IMG/VR virus record: IMGVR_UViG_3300032167_000010
Source: a virus
Taxonomy: Duplodnaviria > Heunggongvirae > Uroviricota > Caudoviricetes
DNA length: 64,000 nucleotides
Direction: 5' to 3' (one strand)
Each line of letters begins with the position of its first letter. Position 1 is the first letter of the stretch. Positions 56,456 through 64,000 of the stretch are shown piece after piece. A program made the translations under genes and the position numbers. The notes below the pieces were generated by a model. That model did not search any database. It saw nothing but the letters and a program-made list of their open reading frames with translations, and had not been told where the DNA came from.

Positions 56456-56824
56456 ATGGACGATAAATTTGCACAGCAACTTACTTTGGAAATACTCCGT
56501 CAAGCAGAGGAAATGAGATTTACTAAATTTCATTTATTAGGAAATTGGCAGGAATATCAAGTATGTCGCCAAAATATTATTTCTACTAAATTAGTTATTA
56601 AAGTACTACAACAATCAGCTGCAGATCTATTTAAACGATATTGCAGAACCGTAATTACCGGAATTTCAGATATTAACCAGTTAATGGCATATTCACAATT
56701 AAAAGAAACTGAGAACTTCTATAGAACTGAACTTACTACATTTAGCCGTATGGCAGATGAATATGCTGACTATTTAAGTCATGGAAACTTTTTATATGCT
56801 TACACAGGCGGGGAGAGATTCTAA
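56456..56824 (+). CDS. Hypothetical protein
   Basis: SD AAGGA. Confidence 0.7.
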   Translation: MDDKFAQQLTLEILRQAEEMRFTKFHLLGNWQEYQVCRQNIISTKLVIKVLQQSAADLFKRYCRTVITGISDINQLMAYSQLKETENFYRTELTTFSRMADEYADYLSHGNFLYAYTGGERF

Positions 56825-57063
56825 TGTCAGTAAAAAATATAGAGCATCCATTAACTACTTTATTTCATGCATATGCCTATACGGCTGAGAGCACTATTTT
56901 AGAATTACAGAACATTGATCATAAGACGGTGGGTGCTCTGTATCTAGATCAACTACGTTATAAAAACTTCATAGTTTCAGAGACGAATAACTCTGAGAAA
57001 TACTATTTATTTATGGATGGTATTGGTATTTATTTTTCATTCTATAAGAAAATAAACCTCTAA
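56824..57063 (+). CDS. Hypothetical protein
   Basis: TAATG coupling; SD GGGAG. Confidence 0.65.
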   Translation: MSVKNIEHPLTTLFHAYAYTAESTILELQNIDHKTVGALYLDQLRYKNFIVSETNNSEKYYLFMDGIGIYFSFYKKINL

Positions 57064-57066
57064 ATA

Positions 57067-57075
57067 TTGTATAAT
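57067..57075 (+). promoter_or_regulatory. Middle-type promoter TTGTATAAT
   Basis: Recurrent motif. Confidence 0.45.
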
Positions 57076-57155
57076 ATAATAGTATGTGTACTAGTTAGGT
57101 GAATATACTGTCGTACAATATATGGTATTTCACCTTTTTCTTTTATACAATATTT

Positions 57156-57164
57156 GCTAAATTA
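57156..57164 (+). promoter_or_regulatory. Late-type promoter GCTAAATTA
   Basis: Exact motif upstream of nrdD. Confidence 0.6.
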
Positions 57165-57209
57165 AATACAAGAGTCCCAACTCTTTAAACTATTGAAAGG
57201 AGACAATTT

Positions 57210-59441
57210 ATGCAAAGAGTTATTAAACGTGATGGCCGAGAAGTCGAATTTGATAGAGAAAAAATTATCGAAGCGATCTCGTGTGCCAACCAAGAAATTA
57301 TTAAATCCAAACAAATTGGATCTAGGAAGATTAAACAGCTAACTGCTATAGTAGAAGAGAAGTGTTCTGCTTACAAGCGAGCTATTAAAGTAGAAGACAT
57401 TAATGATTTAATTGAAGATGAACTTATCTTCCGAAATTATAATGATCTCGTTCGTGCTTTTATTAAGTATAGGCATAACAAAGAGCTGGTTAGAAAATCC
57501 AATACTACAGATGATACTATTCTCAGTCTTATTAATCTTAGTAATGAAGAACTTAAACAAGAAAACTCAAATAAGAATCCGGTAATTAACTCTACACAGC
57601 GTGATTACATGGCTGGCGAAGTAAGTAAGGATTTATCTAGAAGAATCTTACTTCCTAAAGATGTAGTAAAAGCACATGATGAAGGAACGATCCATTTTCA
57701 TGATACTGATTACTTCGCTCAGAAGATGTATAACTGCTGCTTAGTTGGATTAGATGATATGTTAAATAATGGAACCGTGGTTTCTGGAACTTTAATAGAG
57801 AAACCCCATAGTTTCGCTACTGCGTGTAACGTTGCTACTCAGATAGTTGCTCAGGTTGCCTCTAATCAATATGGCGGTCAGAGTATTACACTTTCTCATT
57901 TAGCACCCTTTGTAGACATTAGTAGAAAGAAGATTAGAGCTGAGGTTTACGAAGAGCAGGAGAAAGCTGAGGCTCTACACTATGGTGAGCCTGTTCCTGT
58001 TAGCATAGACGTAGAAAAGCTAATTGATGAAATTACAGAAAAGCGTGTAAGAGCAGAGGTAAAGCGTGGCGTACAAACAATCCAGTATCAGGTTAATACT
58101 TTACTTACCACAAATGGTCAAGCACCGTTCATCACTGTCTTCATGTATCTAAATGAAGTAGAAGATGAGCAAACTAAGAAAGACCTCGCGATGATCATCG
58201 AAGAAGTTCTTCTTCAAAGATATCAAGGTATTAAGAATGAGAAAGGAGTTTGGATCACTCCAGCATTCCCTAAACTTATCTATGTACTAGAAGAAGATAA
58301 TATTAGGGAGGGTTCTGAATACTTCTACCTTACTGAACTTGCAGCAAAGTGTAGCGCTAAGCGTCTTGTACCTGATTATATAAGTGAGAAGATCATGAAA
58401 GAGATTAAAGGTGGCTACTGTTTCCCAGTAATGGGTTGTCGTAGTGCACTATCGACCTGGTTCGACGAAAACGGTAAGGCGAAGTTTTACCAAAGATTTA
58501 ATAAAGGAGTAGTTACTGTTAATCTTCCGGATGTAGCGTGTTCTGCGCTCGGAGAAAATTACGCTAAAGACTTAGATAGTTTCTGGAAGATCTTCGATGA
58601 TACTCTAGAGTTATGCCACAGAGCTTTGTTATGTCGCTATGAAAGACTTAAAGGTACTGTAAGTGACGTAGCTCCAATCCTATGGCAGCACGGTGCAATC
58701 GCTAGACTAAAGAAAGGTGAGACAATCGATAAGTTACTTACTGGTGGATATTCAACTATTAGTCTTGGATATGCAGGATTATGGGAATGTGTAGTAGAAC
58801 TTATTGGTAAAGACCTACTAGATGAAGAAGGTCAAGCACTTGGACTTGAGATCATGAAGTACATGAACAAAAAGTGTGACGATTGGAATAAAGAACTAAA
58901 TCTTGGATTTGGCATTTATGGAACACCAATAGAAAGTACTACATATAAGTTTGCCAAAGCTCTACAAAAAAGACACGGCGAAATTGCCGGAGTTTCAGAT
59001 CGTAACTTTATTACTAATAGCTACCATGTTCACGTAGAGAAACCTGTTAATCCATTTGAGAAACTTGCTATAGAAAGTAAGTTCCAGAGATTATCTACCG
59101 GTGGTGCGATCAGTTACATCGAAACAGCTAACTTAGAAAATAACTTAGAAGCAGTTATATCAGTAATCCAATACATCTACGAAAATATTATGTATGCCGA
59201 ACTTAACACTAAGTCAGACTACTGTCATGAGTGCGGTTGGGATCGTGAGATAGAAATAGTAGAAGATGAATCAGGAAAACTAATTTGGAAATGTCCTAAC
59301 TGCGGCAACACTAACCAAGATAAGATGAACGTGGCTAGAAGAACCTGTGGTTACATTGGTACGAACTTCTGGAGCGAAGGTAGAACTCAAGAGATTAATA
59401 ATAGATACGTTCACTTAGACTGTCACGACTGTGGGTGCTAA
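57210..59441 (+). CDS. nrdD: Anaerobic (class III) ribonucleotide reductase
   Basis: N-terminal ATP cone VIKRDG; YNCCL, MGCRS, CHEC/CPNC and glycyl-radical RRTCGYIG. Confidence 0.97.
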   Translation: MQRVIKRDGREVEFDREKIIEAISCANQEIIKSKQIGSRKIKQLTAIVEEKCSAYKRAIKVEDINDLIEDELIFRNYNDLVRAFIKYRHNKELVRKSNTTDDTILSLINLSNEELKQENSNKNPVINSTQRDYMAGEVSKDLSRRILLPKDVVKAHDEGTIHFHDTDYFAQKMYNCCLVGLDDMLNNGTVVSGTLIEKPHSFATACNVATQIVAQVASNQYGGQSITLSHLAPFVDISRKKIRAEVYEEQEKAEALHYGEPVPVSIDVEKLIDEITEKRVRAEVKRGVQTIQYQVNTLLTTNGQAPFITVFMYLNEVEDEQTKKDLAMIIEEVLLQRYQGIKNEKGVWITPAFPKLIYVLEEDNIREGSEYFYLTELAAKCSAKRLVPDYISEKIMKEIKGGYCFPVMGCRSALSTWFDENGKAKFYQRFNKGVVTVNLPDVACSALGENYAKDLDSFWKIFDDTLELCHRALLCRYERLKGTVSDVAPILWQHGAIARLKKGETIDKLLTGGYSTISLGYAGLWECVVELIGKDLLDEEGQALGLEIMKYMNKKCDDWNKELNLGFGIYGTPIESTTYKFAKALQKRHGEIAGVSDRNFITNSYHVHVEKPVNPFEKLAIESKFQRLSTGGAISYIETANLENNLEAVISVIQYIYENIMYAELNTKSDYCHECGWDREIEIVEDESGKLIWKCPNCGNTNQDKMNVARRTCGYIGTNFWSEGRTQEINNRYVHLDCHDCGC

Positions 59442-59442
59442 G

Positions 59443-59928
59443 ATGAGATACAATACCATTAGACAGATGGATATCGCTAACGGACCTGGTTGCCGAGTAT
59501 CGATATTCGTTCAAGGATGTGAATTCGACTGCCCTGGCTGTTTCAACACAGTAGCTAAAGACTTTAGTGGTGGTAAAGAATTTACGGATCAAACAATGGA
59601 ACTCCTCCTAGATCTCGCTAAGCCTGACTACATAGCAGGCATTAGTTGTCTGGGAGGGGAACCTCTTCATCCGCAGAACCGTCAAGCTGTTCTAGACCTA
59701 GTGAAGAAATTTAAGTCAGTATATCCCAATAAAACGGTTTGGATTTGGACTGGATACCTTTGGGAAGCTGTAGCATCTGACCTAATTAACTCTGAAGTAG
59801 ACGTAGTAGTCGATGGTAGATTTGTGGAAGCCTTAAAAGATCTTAGACTTAAGTATCGAGGAAGTAGTAATCAAAGGATTATTGATGTCAAAAAATCAAC
59901 TGCGGACTCTATAACATTATATAAATAA
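59443..59928 (+). CDS. nrdG: Class III RNR activating radical-SAM enzyme
   Basis: NGPGCRVSIFVQGCEFDCPGCFN, GGEP and RGSSNQRII. Confidence 0.96.
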   Translation: MRYNTIRQMDIANGPGCRVSIFVQGCEFDCPGCFNTVAKDFSGGKEFTDQTMELLLDLAKPDYIAGISCLGGEPLHPQNRQAVLDLVKKFKSVYPNKTVWIWTGYLWEAVASDLINSEVDVVVDGRFVEALKDLRLKYRGSSNQRIIDVKKSTADSITLYK

Positions 59929-59969
59929 ACGCGCGTAACGCGTGCGCACACGTATAACGTTTGTTATTA

Positions 59970-59998
59970 TTGACAAAACATTGCTTTTTGTTTAAAAT
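59970..59998 (+). promoter_or_regulatory. Sigma70-type promoter TTGACA-17-TAAAAT
   Basis: Near-consensus with 17 nt spacing. Confidence 0.55.
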
Positions 59999-60028
59999 AA
60001 CAAACGTTATTTTTTTTATATAAAAATG

Positions 60029-60057
60029 TTTACAAAATAACTTACCTATGTTATAAT
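60029..60057 (+). promoter_or_regulatory. Early promoter TTTACA-17-TGtTATAAT
   Basis: Consensus spacing with extended -10. Confidence 0.8.
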
Positions 60058-60063
60058 AAAGAA

Positions 60064-60200
60064 GTGCTATCCCAAAGCGCACACACTAAATACTCTATTC
60101 AAGCTGTCTAACGAGGCACAGAAGGAAAATAACATGTCCTCACTATTCTCATAACTCCCTATGTTCCAGAGTTAACGATCTTCCTTCTGTGTTCTCCTAC
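60064..60200 (+). ncRNA. Candidate structured RNA A
   Basis: 5' GTGC..GCAC hairpin; stem CACAGAAGGAA (60117-60127)/TTCCTTCTGTG (60181-60191); paralog at 62049. Confidence 0.6.
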
Positions 60201-60243
60201 ATAAAAATATTTTAAAATTTTTTTTTAAAGTGCCGCAAAACAG

Positions 60244-60272
60244 TTTACAAAGTTTTAATTTTATGTTATAAT
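60244..60272 (+). promoter_or_regulatory. Early promoter TTTACA-17-TGtTATAAT
   Basis: Preceded by AAAACAG and an A/T tract. Confidence 0.8.
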
Positions 60273-60365
60273 ATAAATGTAAGATTGATTATACCCCTTT
60301 GGGTTGCAGTTAATCCTAAATTAAACATATTATACCATAAAGGTATTATTTTGGAGGACTTACAT

Positions 60366-60593
60366 ATGGAAGTTAATAAGAATACAGATTGGACAGGCTA
60401 TTTAGTGAGACCTAAAAAAGAATGGCTTAATCCTAACGAACACGCTCATCCTTATGTTGTGATAGAAGACAGAGGACCTAGGGTGCTTATTCAGCTCTTA
60501 CCACAGTATCAGCCTAAGAACCTGACTTTTCCCTGCATAGAGTCTGGGTTTAAAAATTGGTATGAAGTAATTGATACTAAGTTAGTTAAATAA
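60366..60593 (+). CDS. Early hypothetical protein
   Basis: SD GGAGG before ATG at 60366 (preferred over TTG at 60285). Confidence 0.7.
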   Translation: MEVNKNTDWTGYLVRPKKEWLNPNEHAHPYVVIEDRGPRVLIQLLPQYQPKNLTFPCIESGFKNWYEVIDTKLVK

Positions 60594-60608
60594 TTAAGGA
60601 GGATACAT

Positions 60609-60956
60609 ATGTTGGAACCTGGAAAAGTTTATACGCTGGATATACCGGTAAAAGAAATTAGTAGAGTACTTGTTGCTGAAGGTTATACCAAGAAAGTAGA
60701 TTGTAAAAACTATTGGGATGCACACGGCGAAAGACACTACGACTTTAAGGCACCAACTCAATATAAATTCGATAGACCTAAGAAGTTCGAACTTTATAGA
60801 GTTGAAAGAGAATATCAATTTAATTATACTGGAAGTTCAGTATACGAATATCTTTTTCTTTACATTGATGGCGAGAAGTTAGATGTTGGCGAGATTACAG
60901 AGTTTAGAGAACTTAAAACAAAGATTAATCTTGATTGTTGCGTCGGGGCAGGTTAA
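60609..60956 (+). CDS. Early hypothetical protein
   Basis: SD AAGGAGG. Confidence 0.75.
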   Translation: MLEPGKVYTLDIPVKEISRVLVAEGYTKKVDCKNYWDAHGERHYDFKAPTQYKFDRPKKFELYRVEREYQFNYTGSSVYEYLFLYIDGEKLDVGEITEFRELKTKINLDCCVGAG

Positions 60957-60997
60957 TAAAAATTTTTTAAAAACTTTCAAAAATTACCAAAAAACAG

Positions 60998-61026
60998 TTT
61001 ACAAATCAATTAAAACATGTTATAAT
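60998..61026 (+). promoter_or_regulatory. Early promoter TTTACA-17-TGtTATAAT
   Basis: Consensus. Confidence 0.8.
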
Positions 61027-61077
61027 ATAAATGTAAGTTGACGAAATACTTACTAATACATATAAGAGGTTATAAAA

Positions 61078-61374
61078 ATGTACGGAAAGGAAACAGAAAA
61101 GAAGATTGAAGAACGTTTATTAGCAACTCATATTTCAGCTAATACTGAATTTGAAAAAGCTTGTTATGCAGGTGATAGTCAAAAGATTATGTCTATAGTT
61201 GAAACTGAAATGGAAAAGAATAACTTATTTACTAAAGGTTCACAAAAACTTAAGACAGATATTCTTAATATGCTTCAAGGAAAGATAAAAGTTCCTTCTT
61301 GGCAAGGACAACAAATTTTAATGTTTGTCTGGAACTCAAGATTAGCCGGTTGTGGTTATGCGGTTACGAAATAG
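61078..61374 (+). CDS. Early hypothetical protein
   Basis: SD AAGAGG. Confidence 0.75.
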   Translation: MYGKETEKKIEERLLATHISANTEFEKACYAGDSQKIMSIVETEMEKNNLFTKGSQKLKTDILNMLQGKIKVPSWQGQQILMFVWNSRLAGCGYAVTK

Positions 61375-61406
61375 TACATATTAAAAATTAAGTGAGGAAA
61401 CATAAT

Positions 61407-62009
61407 ATGACAATTAAAGATTTACAAAATAACGAAGAATTATTAAATTCTATTGTAGAAGACCTTGAAGACTTCGATGAGAACACTGAAGTCGTATATG
61501 AAGTCTGGGCATTTGGTTACGACGAAAACGATGAAATTACCGATGCTGAACTTTGTCTATTTAATTCTACCGACCCGGAAGTTGCAGTTAATTATGCTAA
61601 GACAGTAGAACTTGCTGACGTAATCCATCAAACTGAAAACGGACCTTGTTCTTCTAACAAAGTATTTAGAATTGCAGTAGAAGTTGAAACTGTTGTACCT
61701 ATTAATGACGACCTTGTAAACGTAGGAACTGTTTATTCTAAGACTCTGTGGGAAGCACCGACCTATGACGGACCTGAAGAAGATGAAGAAGAAGTTGATG
61801 TAGTTTATATTGTTAATAGAAGTGATTATGAAATTTTAGAAGATAATACGCTAAAGGTAAGCTGTGATCTTTTGAAAGGTTATAATAAAAATGATACAGT
61901 ACTTATCTGCCTTCCTCACGAAGAGAACGACTTTGTATTGTCTTATAAGATTATGTCTAGAGTGATGTACGAAGACGGCGATTATTACCACTGTGAACTT
62001 ACTTATTAA
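61407..62009 (+). CDS. Early acidic hypothetical protein
   Basis: SD GAGGA before ATG at 61407. Confidence 0.75.
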   Translation: MTIKDLQNNEELLNSIVEDLEDFDENTEVVYEVWAFGYDENDEITDAELCLFNSTDPEVAVNYAKTVELADVIHQTENGPCSSNKVFRIAVEVETVVPINDDLVNVGTVYSKTLWEAPTYDGPEEDEEEVDVVYIVNRSDYEILEDNTLKVSCDLLKGYNKNDTVLICLPHEENDFVLSYKIMSRVMYEDGDYYHCELTY

Positions 62010-62012
62010 GTA

Positions 62013-62041
62013 TTTACAAATCTTCGTACGTATATTATAAT
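62013..62041 (+). promoter_or_regulatory. Early promoter TTTACA-17-TATAAT
   Basis: Consensus spacing. Confidence 0.75.
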
Positions 62042-62048
62042 AATGAAT

Positions 62049-62160
62049 GTGCTCACCGGCACGCTATCCGTATTCCCTAGTTAACATGACAGGAAAACAC
62101 AGAAGGAACGTCTGACAATCCTCTTAAAGCCCTTAACACACTTTCTGTGTTTTCCTTACA
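62049..62160 (+). ncRNA. Candidate structured RNA B
   Basis: 5' GTGC-TCACCG-GCAC hairpin; 15 bp stem 62092-62106/62141-62155. Confidence 0.6.
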
Positions 62161-62203
62161 TAAAAATATTTTTAAAAATTTTTAAAAAAGTGCGTTAAAA
62201 CAG

Positions 62204-62232
62204 TTTACAAATATTGGAAAATGTGATATAAT
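62204..62232 (+). promoter_or_regulatory. Early promoter TTTACA-17-TGaTATAAT
   Basis: Consensus. Confidence 0.8.
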
Positions 62233-62265
62233 ATAATTACAAAATAATTTTGGAGGAAATTAAAT

Positions 62266-62580
62266 ATGACAGTTTATGTTGTTTGTTGGGGCTCAGGCAC
62301 TCACGATTGGGATGAAGAGGAAGTTTATACTTACACTAATGTACATAATGTATATATGTCTTTAGATATAGCAAGAGAGGGTTTAGTAAAACTTAAAGAA
62401 GAATTTTATAATGAAATTGTTAATGACCCTGACTTCGAAGAAGAAGATAGAGAGGAAGTAAAAAAGAATACTTACATACACGGTTCGGCTGAAGAGAATG
62501 AATTTACAATTGACACCACTTTTGGTTGTAATACACAAGAAGTCTATATTCGTATTGTAGAAAAAGAAATTATTGAATAA
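62266..62580 (+). CDS. Early acidic hypothetical protein
   Basis: SD GGAGG. Confidence 0.75.
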   Translation: MTVYVVCWGSGTHDWDEEEVYTYTNVHNVYMSLDIAREGLVKLKEEFYNEIVNDPDFEEEDREEVKKNTYIHGSAEENEFTIDTTFGCNTQEVYIRIVEKEIIE

Positions 62581-63326
62581 TGGAGGATATATATATGTTT
62601 TATAAGAAAGGAATTGATATTACAAACGACAAACAAATGTTTAATTTTTTGAAAGACCATTTTGCTTATCCTACAATGAACTCTTGGAATGGCCTTTACT
62701 CAATTGCGAACAATGTAAAAGTTCATAAACTTAACTTATCAGGAGATTGCTGGACTGCACTTGCCTTACTTCAAGCTGACGAATACTTTACTATCAATAT
62801 GATGATTGAAGATTGGGAAATCACTCATCCAGGTTATAGTGTTGGTTTTAATGGTAGAAGCGGTGGCTACTTAGTTTTATATAACGACAAAGGCTATAAA
62901 TCAATTCTTCCTGACGAAATCAATGAATGTGTAGACTACGAAGAATATAAACGTTGGTGCAAAGACTATTGCGGTTCTGTAAAGGAAAATAGAAAAGACC
63001 TTGTTTACTACACAAAGTTAGTACAAGACTTTGATAAACTCTGTGATGAGCTTAGAGACTACTGTGATGAATTATCTAATAAAAACTTTGCAGTAGAAGA
63101 AATGCAGAAATCCGTAGAAGCTTTTAATGACAGATATTATGATGACCTTTGCTATCTTAATATTAGTAATCTTGTTTGCGAAGACAACGGTTGCGTAGAC
63201 TGCTCAGAAATACGTGCGTTAGACTGTTTGTTCGAAGCCTTCAAAAGAATAGCTAGTCGTCCTGACAGTGGTTATAAACTTAAGTTTACTGAAGATGATT
63301 GCTGTCTTCAATTGGTAGAAGAATAA
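62580..63326 (+). CDS. Early hypothetical protein
   Basis: TAATG coupling; 248 aa; GFNGRSGGY. Confidence 0.8.
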   Translation: MEDIYMFYKKGIDITNDKQMFNFLKDHFAYPTMNSWNGLYSIANNVKVHKLNLSGDCWTALALLQADEYFTINMMIEDWEITHPGYSVGFNGRSGGYLVLYNDKGYKSILPDEINECVDYEEYKRWCKDYCGSVKENRKDLVYYTKLVQDFDKLCDELRDYCDELSNKNFAVEEMQKSVEAFNDRYYDDLCYLNISNLVCEDNGCVDCSEIRALDCLFEAFKRIASRPDSGYKLKFTEDDCCLQLVEE

Positions 63327-63359
63327 TTGTAAAAATTTGTAAAAAGCTGTCAAAAACAG

Positions 63360-63388
63360 TTTACAAACGTCTAATTTTGTGATATAAT
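63360..63388 (+). promoter_or_regulatory. Early promoter TTTACA-17-TGaTATAAT
   Basis: Consensus. Confidence 0.8.
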
Positions 63389-63420
63389 AGTACATATAAT
63401 GTTTTTGGAGGAAATACATA

Positions 63421-64000
63421 ATGTTAAATGAAACTAAGAAAGACCTTGTTTTTAATGCTCATAAACTAGTTAGGCCTTATGAGAGCTATACTATCGATGA
63501 GTTAGCGGATGCTTATTGCGAAGCGGTTGATACTAATAACAAAGCGCTTAAAGATATTTATATCTCCGCTTTGATACTTCGCTTTTGGTATACTATCGAT
63601 AAGATGTATCGTTCTAATACGGTAGCTCCTTGCTTAGAACGAACTGATTTTTTCTGGTGGTTGTATGAAGCGATAGAATATGCTTGTAAGTATAGAGGCT
63701 GGAAAGACCCTGCTAAGAAGCTTAATGCTCAGCAATGTATAAATAAGTGTATCAATACTATCAAGCTTCAAAAATATTATGACCTTCGTCTAGATAAGAA
63801 TAAGACAGTTAATCATTGCACTAGTCTCGAAACTCCTATTTGTGGTGGAGATGGTGATGATGCGACTAAAACTTTAGGTGACACTATCGAAACTAATGAC
63901 AATATAGACGAAAGCTCTATTGGTATGACTTTGTTAGTACAAAGCTATATAGACCGTAATAAAATAGTAGAGGCAGTTTTAATTGATAATATTGTTAATA
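63421..64000 (+). CDS. Sigma70-family sigma factor-like protein (3' partial)
   Basis: Not in the ORF track; frame stays open to the window end. ALILRFWYTIDKMY...DFFWWLYEAIEYA resembles region 2; SLETPICGGDGDDATKTLGDTI resembles the region 3 SLDxP...TLGD motif. Confidence 0.7.
   Translation, partial: MLNETKKDLVFNAHKLVRPYESYTIDELADAYCEAVDTNNKALKDIYISALILRFWYTIDKMYRSNTVAPCLERTDFFWWLYEAIEYACKYRGWKDPAKKLNAQQCINKCINTIKLQKYYDLRLDKNKTVNHCTSLETPICGGDGDDATKTLGDTIETNDNIDESSIGMTLLVQSYIDRNKIVEAVLIDNIVN

Noticed and set aside
60134-60154. Mini-ORF MSSLFS with a stem-sequestered SD inside RNA A
   Set aside because: Not conserved in paralog B, so an RNA-level function is more parsimonious.
1-64000. Stop-codon reassignment, CRISPR arrays and tRNA genes
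   Set aside because: Genes are intact and densely packed in code 11; I saw no regularly spaced repeats or cloverleaf/T-loop signatures by eye (tRNAscan not run).

Overview
The window is a 64 kb segment of a large, AT-rich myovirus-like phage genome with a T4-like head module and a contractile tail. Every credible gene is on the + strand in genetic code 11. Strong Shine-Dalgarno sites, TTTACA-17-TGnTATAAT promoters and nrdDG suggest an anaerobic low-GC Gram-positive host (inference). Gene order: SbcC/gp46-like ATPase (5' partial); small unknown genes; degenerate peptide deformylase, RHH protein and topA; MoxR-like ATPase, HExxH peptidase and VWA protein; nucleotidyltransferase; SWIM protein; GIY-YIG endonuclease; terminase, portal, protease-scaffold and capsid; neck, sheath, tube, chaperone, tape measure and part of the baseplate; accessory cassettes (HD protein, ADP-ribosyltransferase-like protein); an origin-like non-coding region; SNF2 helicase; nrdDG; an early region with tandem host-type promoters, two paralogous structured RNA candidates and a 3'-partial sigma factor. 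Main leads: (1) A late-promoter motif, GCTAAATTA, and T4 gp21-type L/I-x-E cleavage motifs together pick out a dispersed set of enzymes that may be packaged and injected. (2) There is a pair of covarying ncRNA candidates. (3) The deformylase appears catalytically dead. (4) There is a candidate +1 frameshift before the tape measure gene. All functional calls are motif recognition by eye; no database searches were run.
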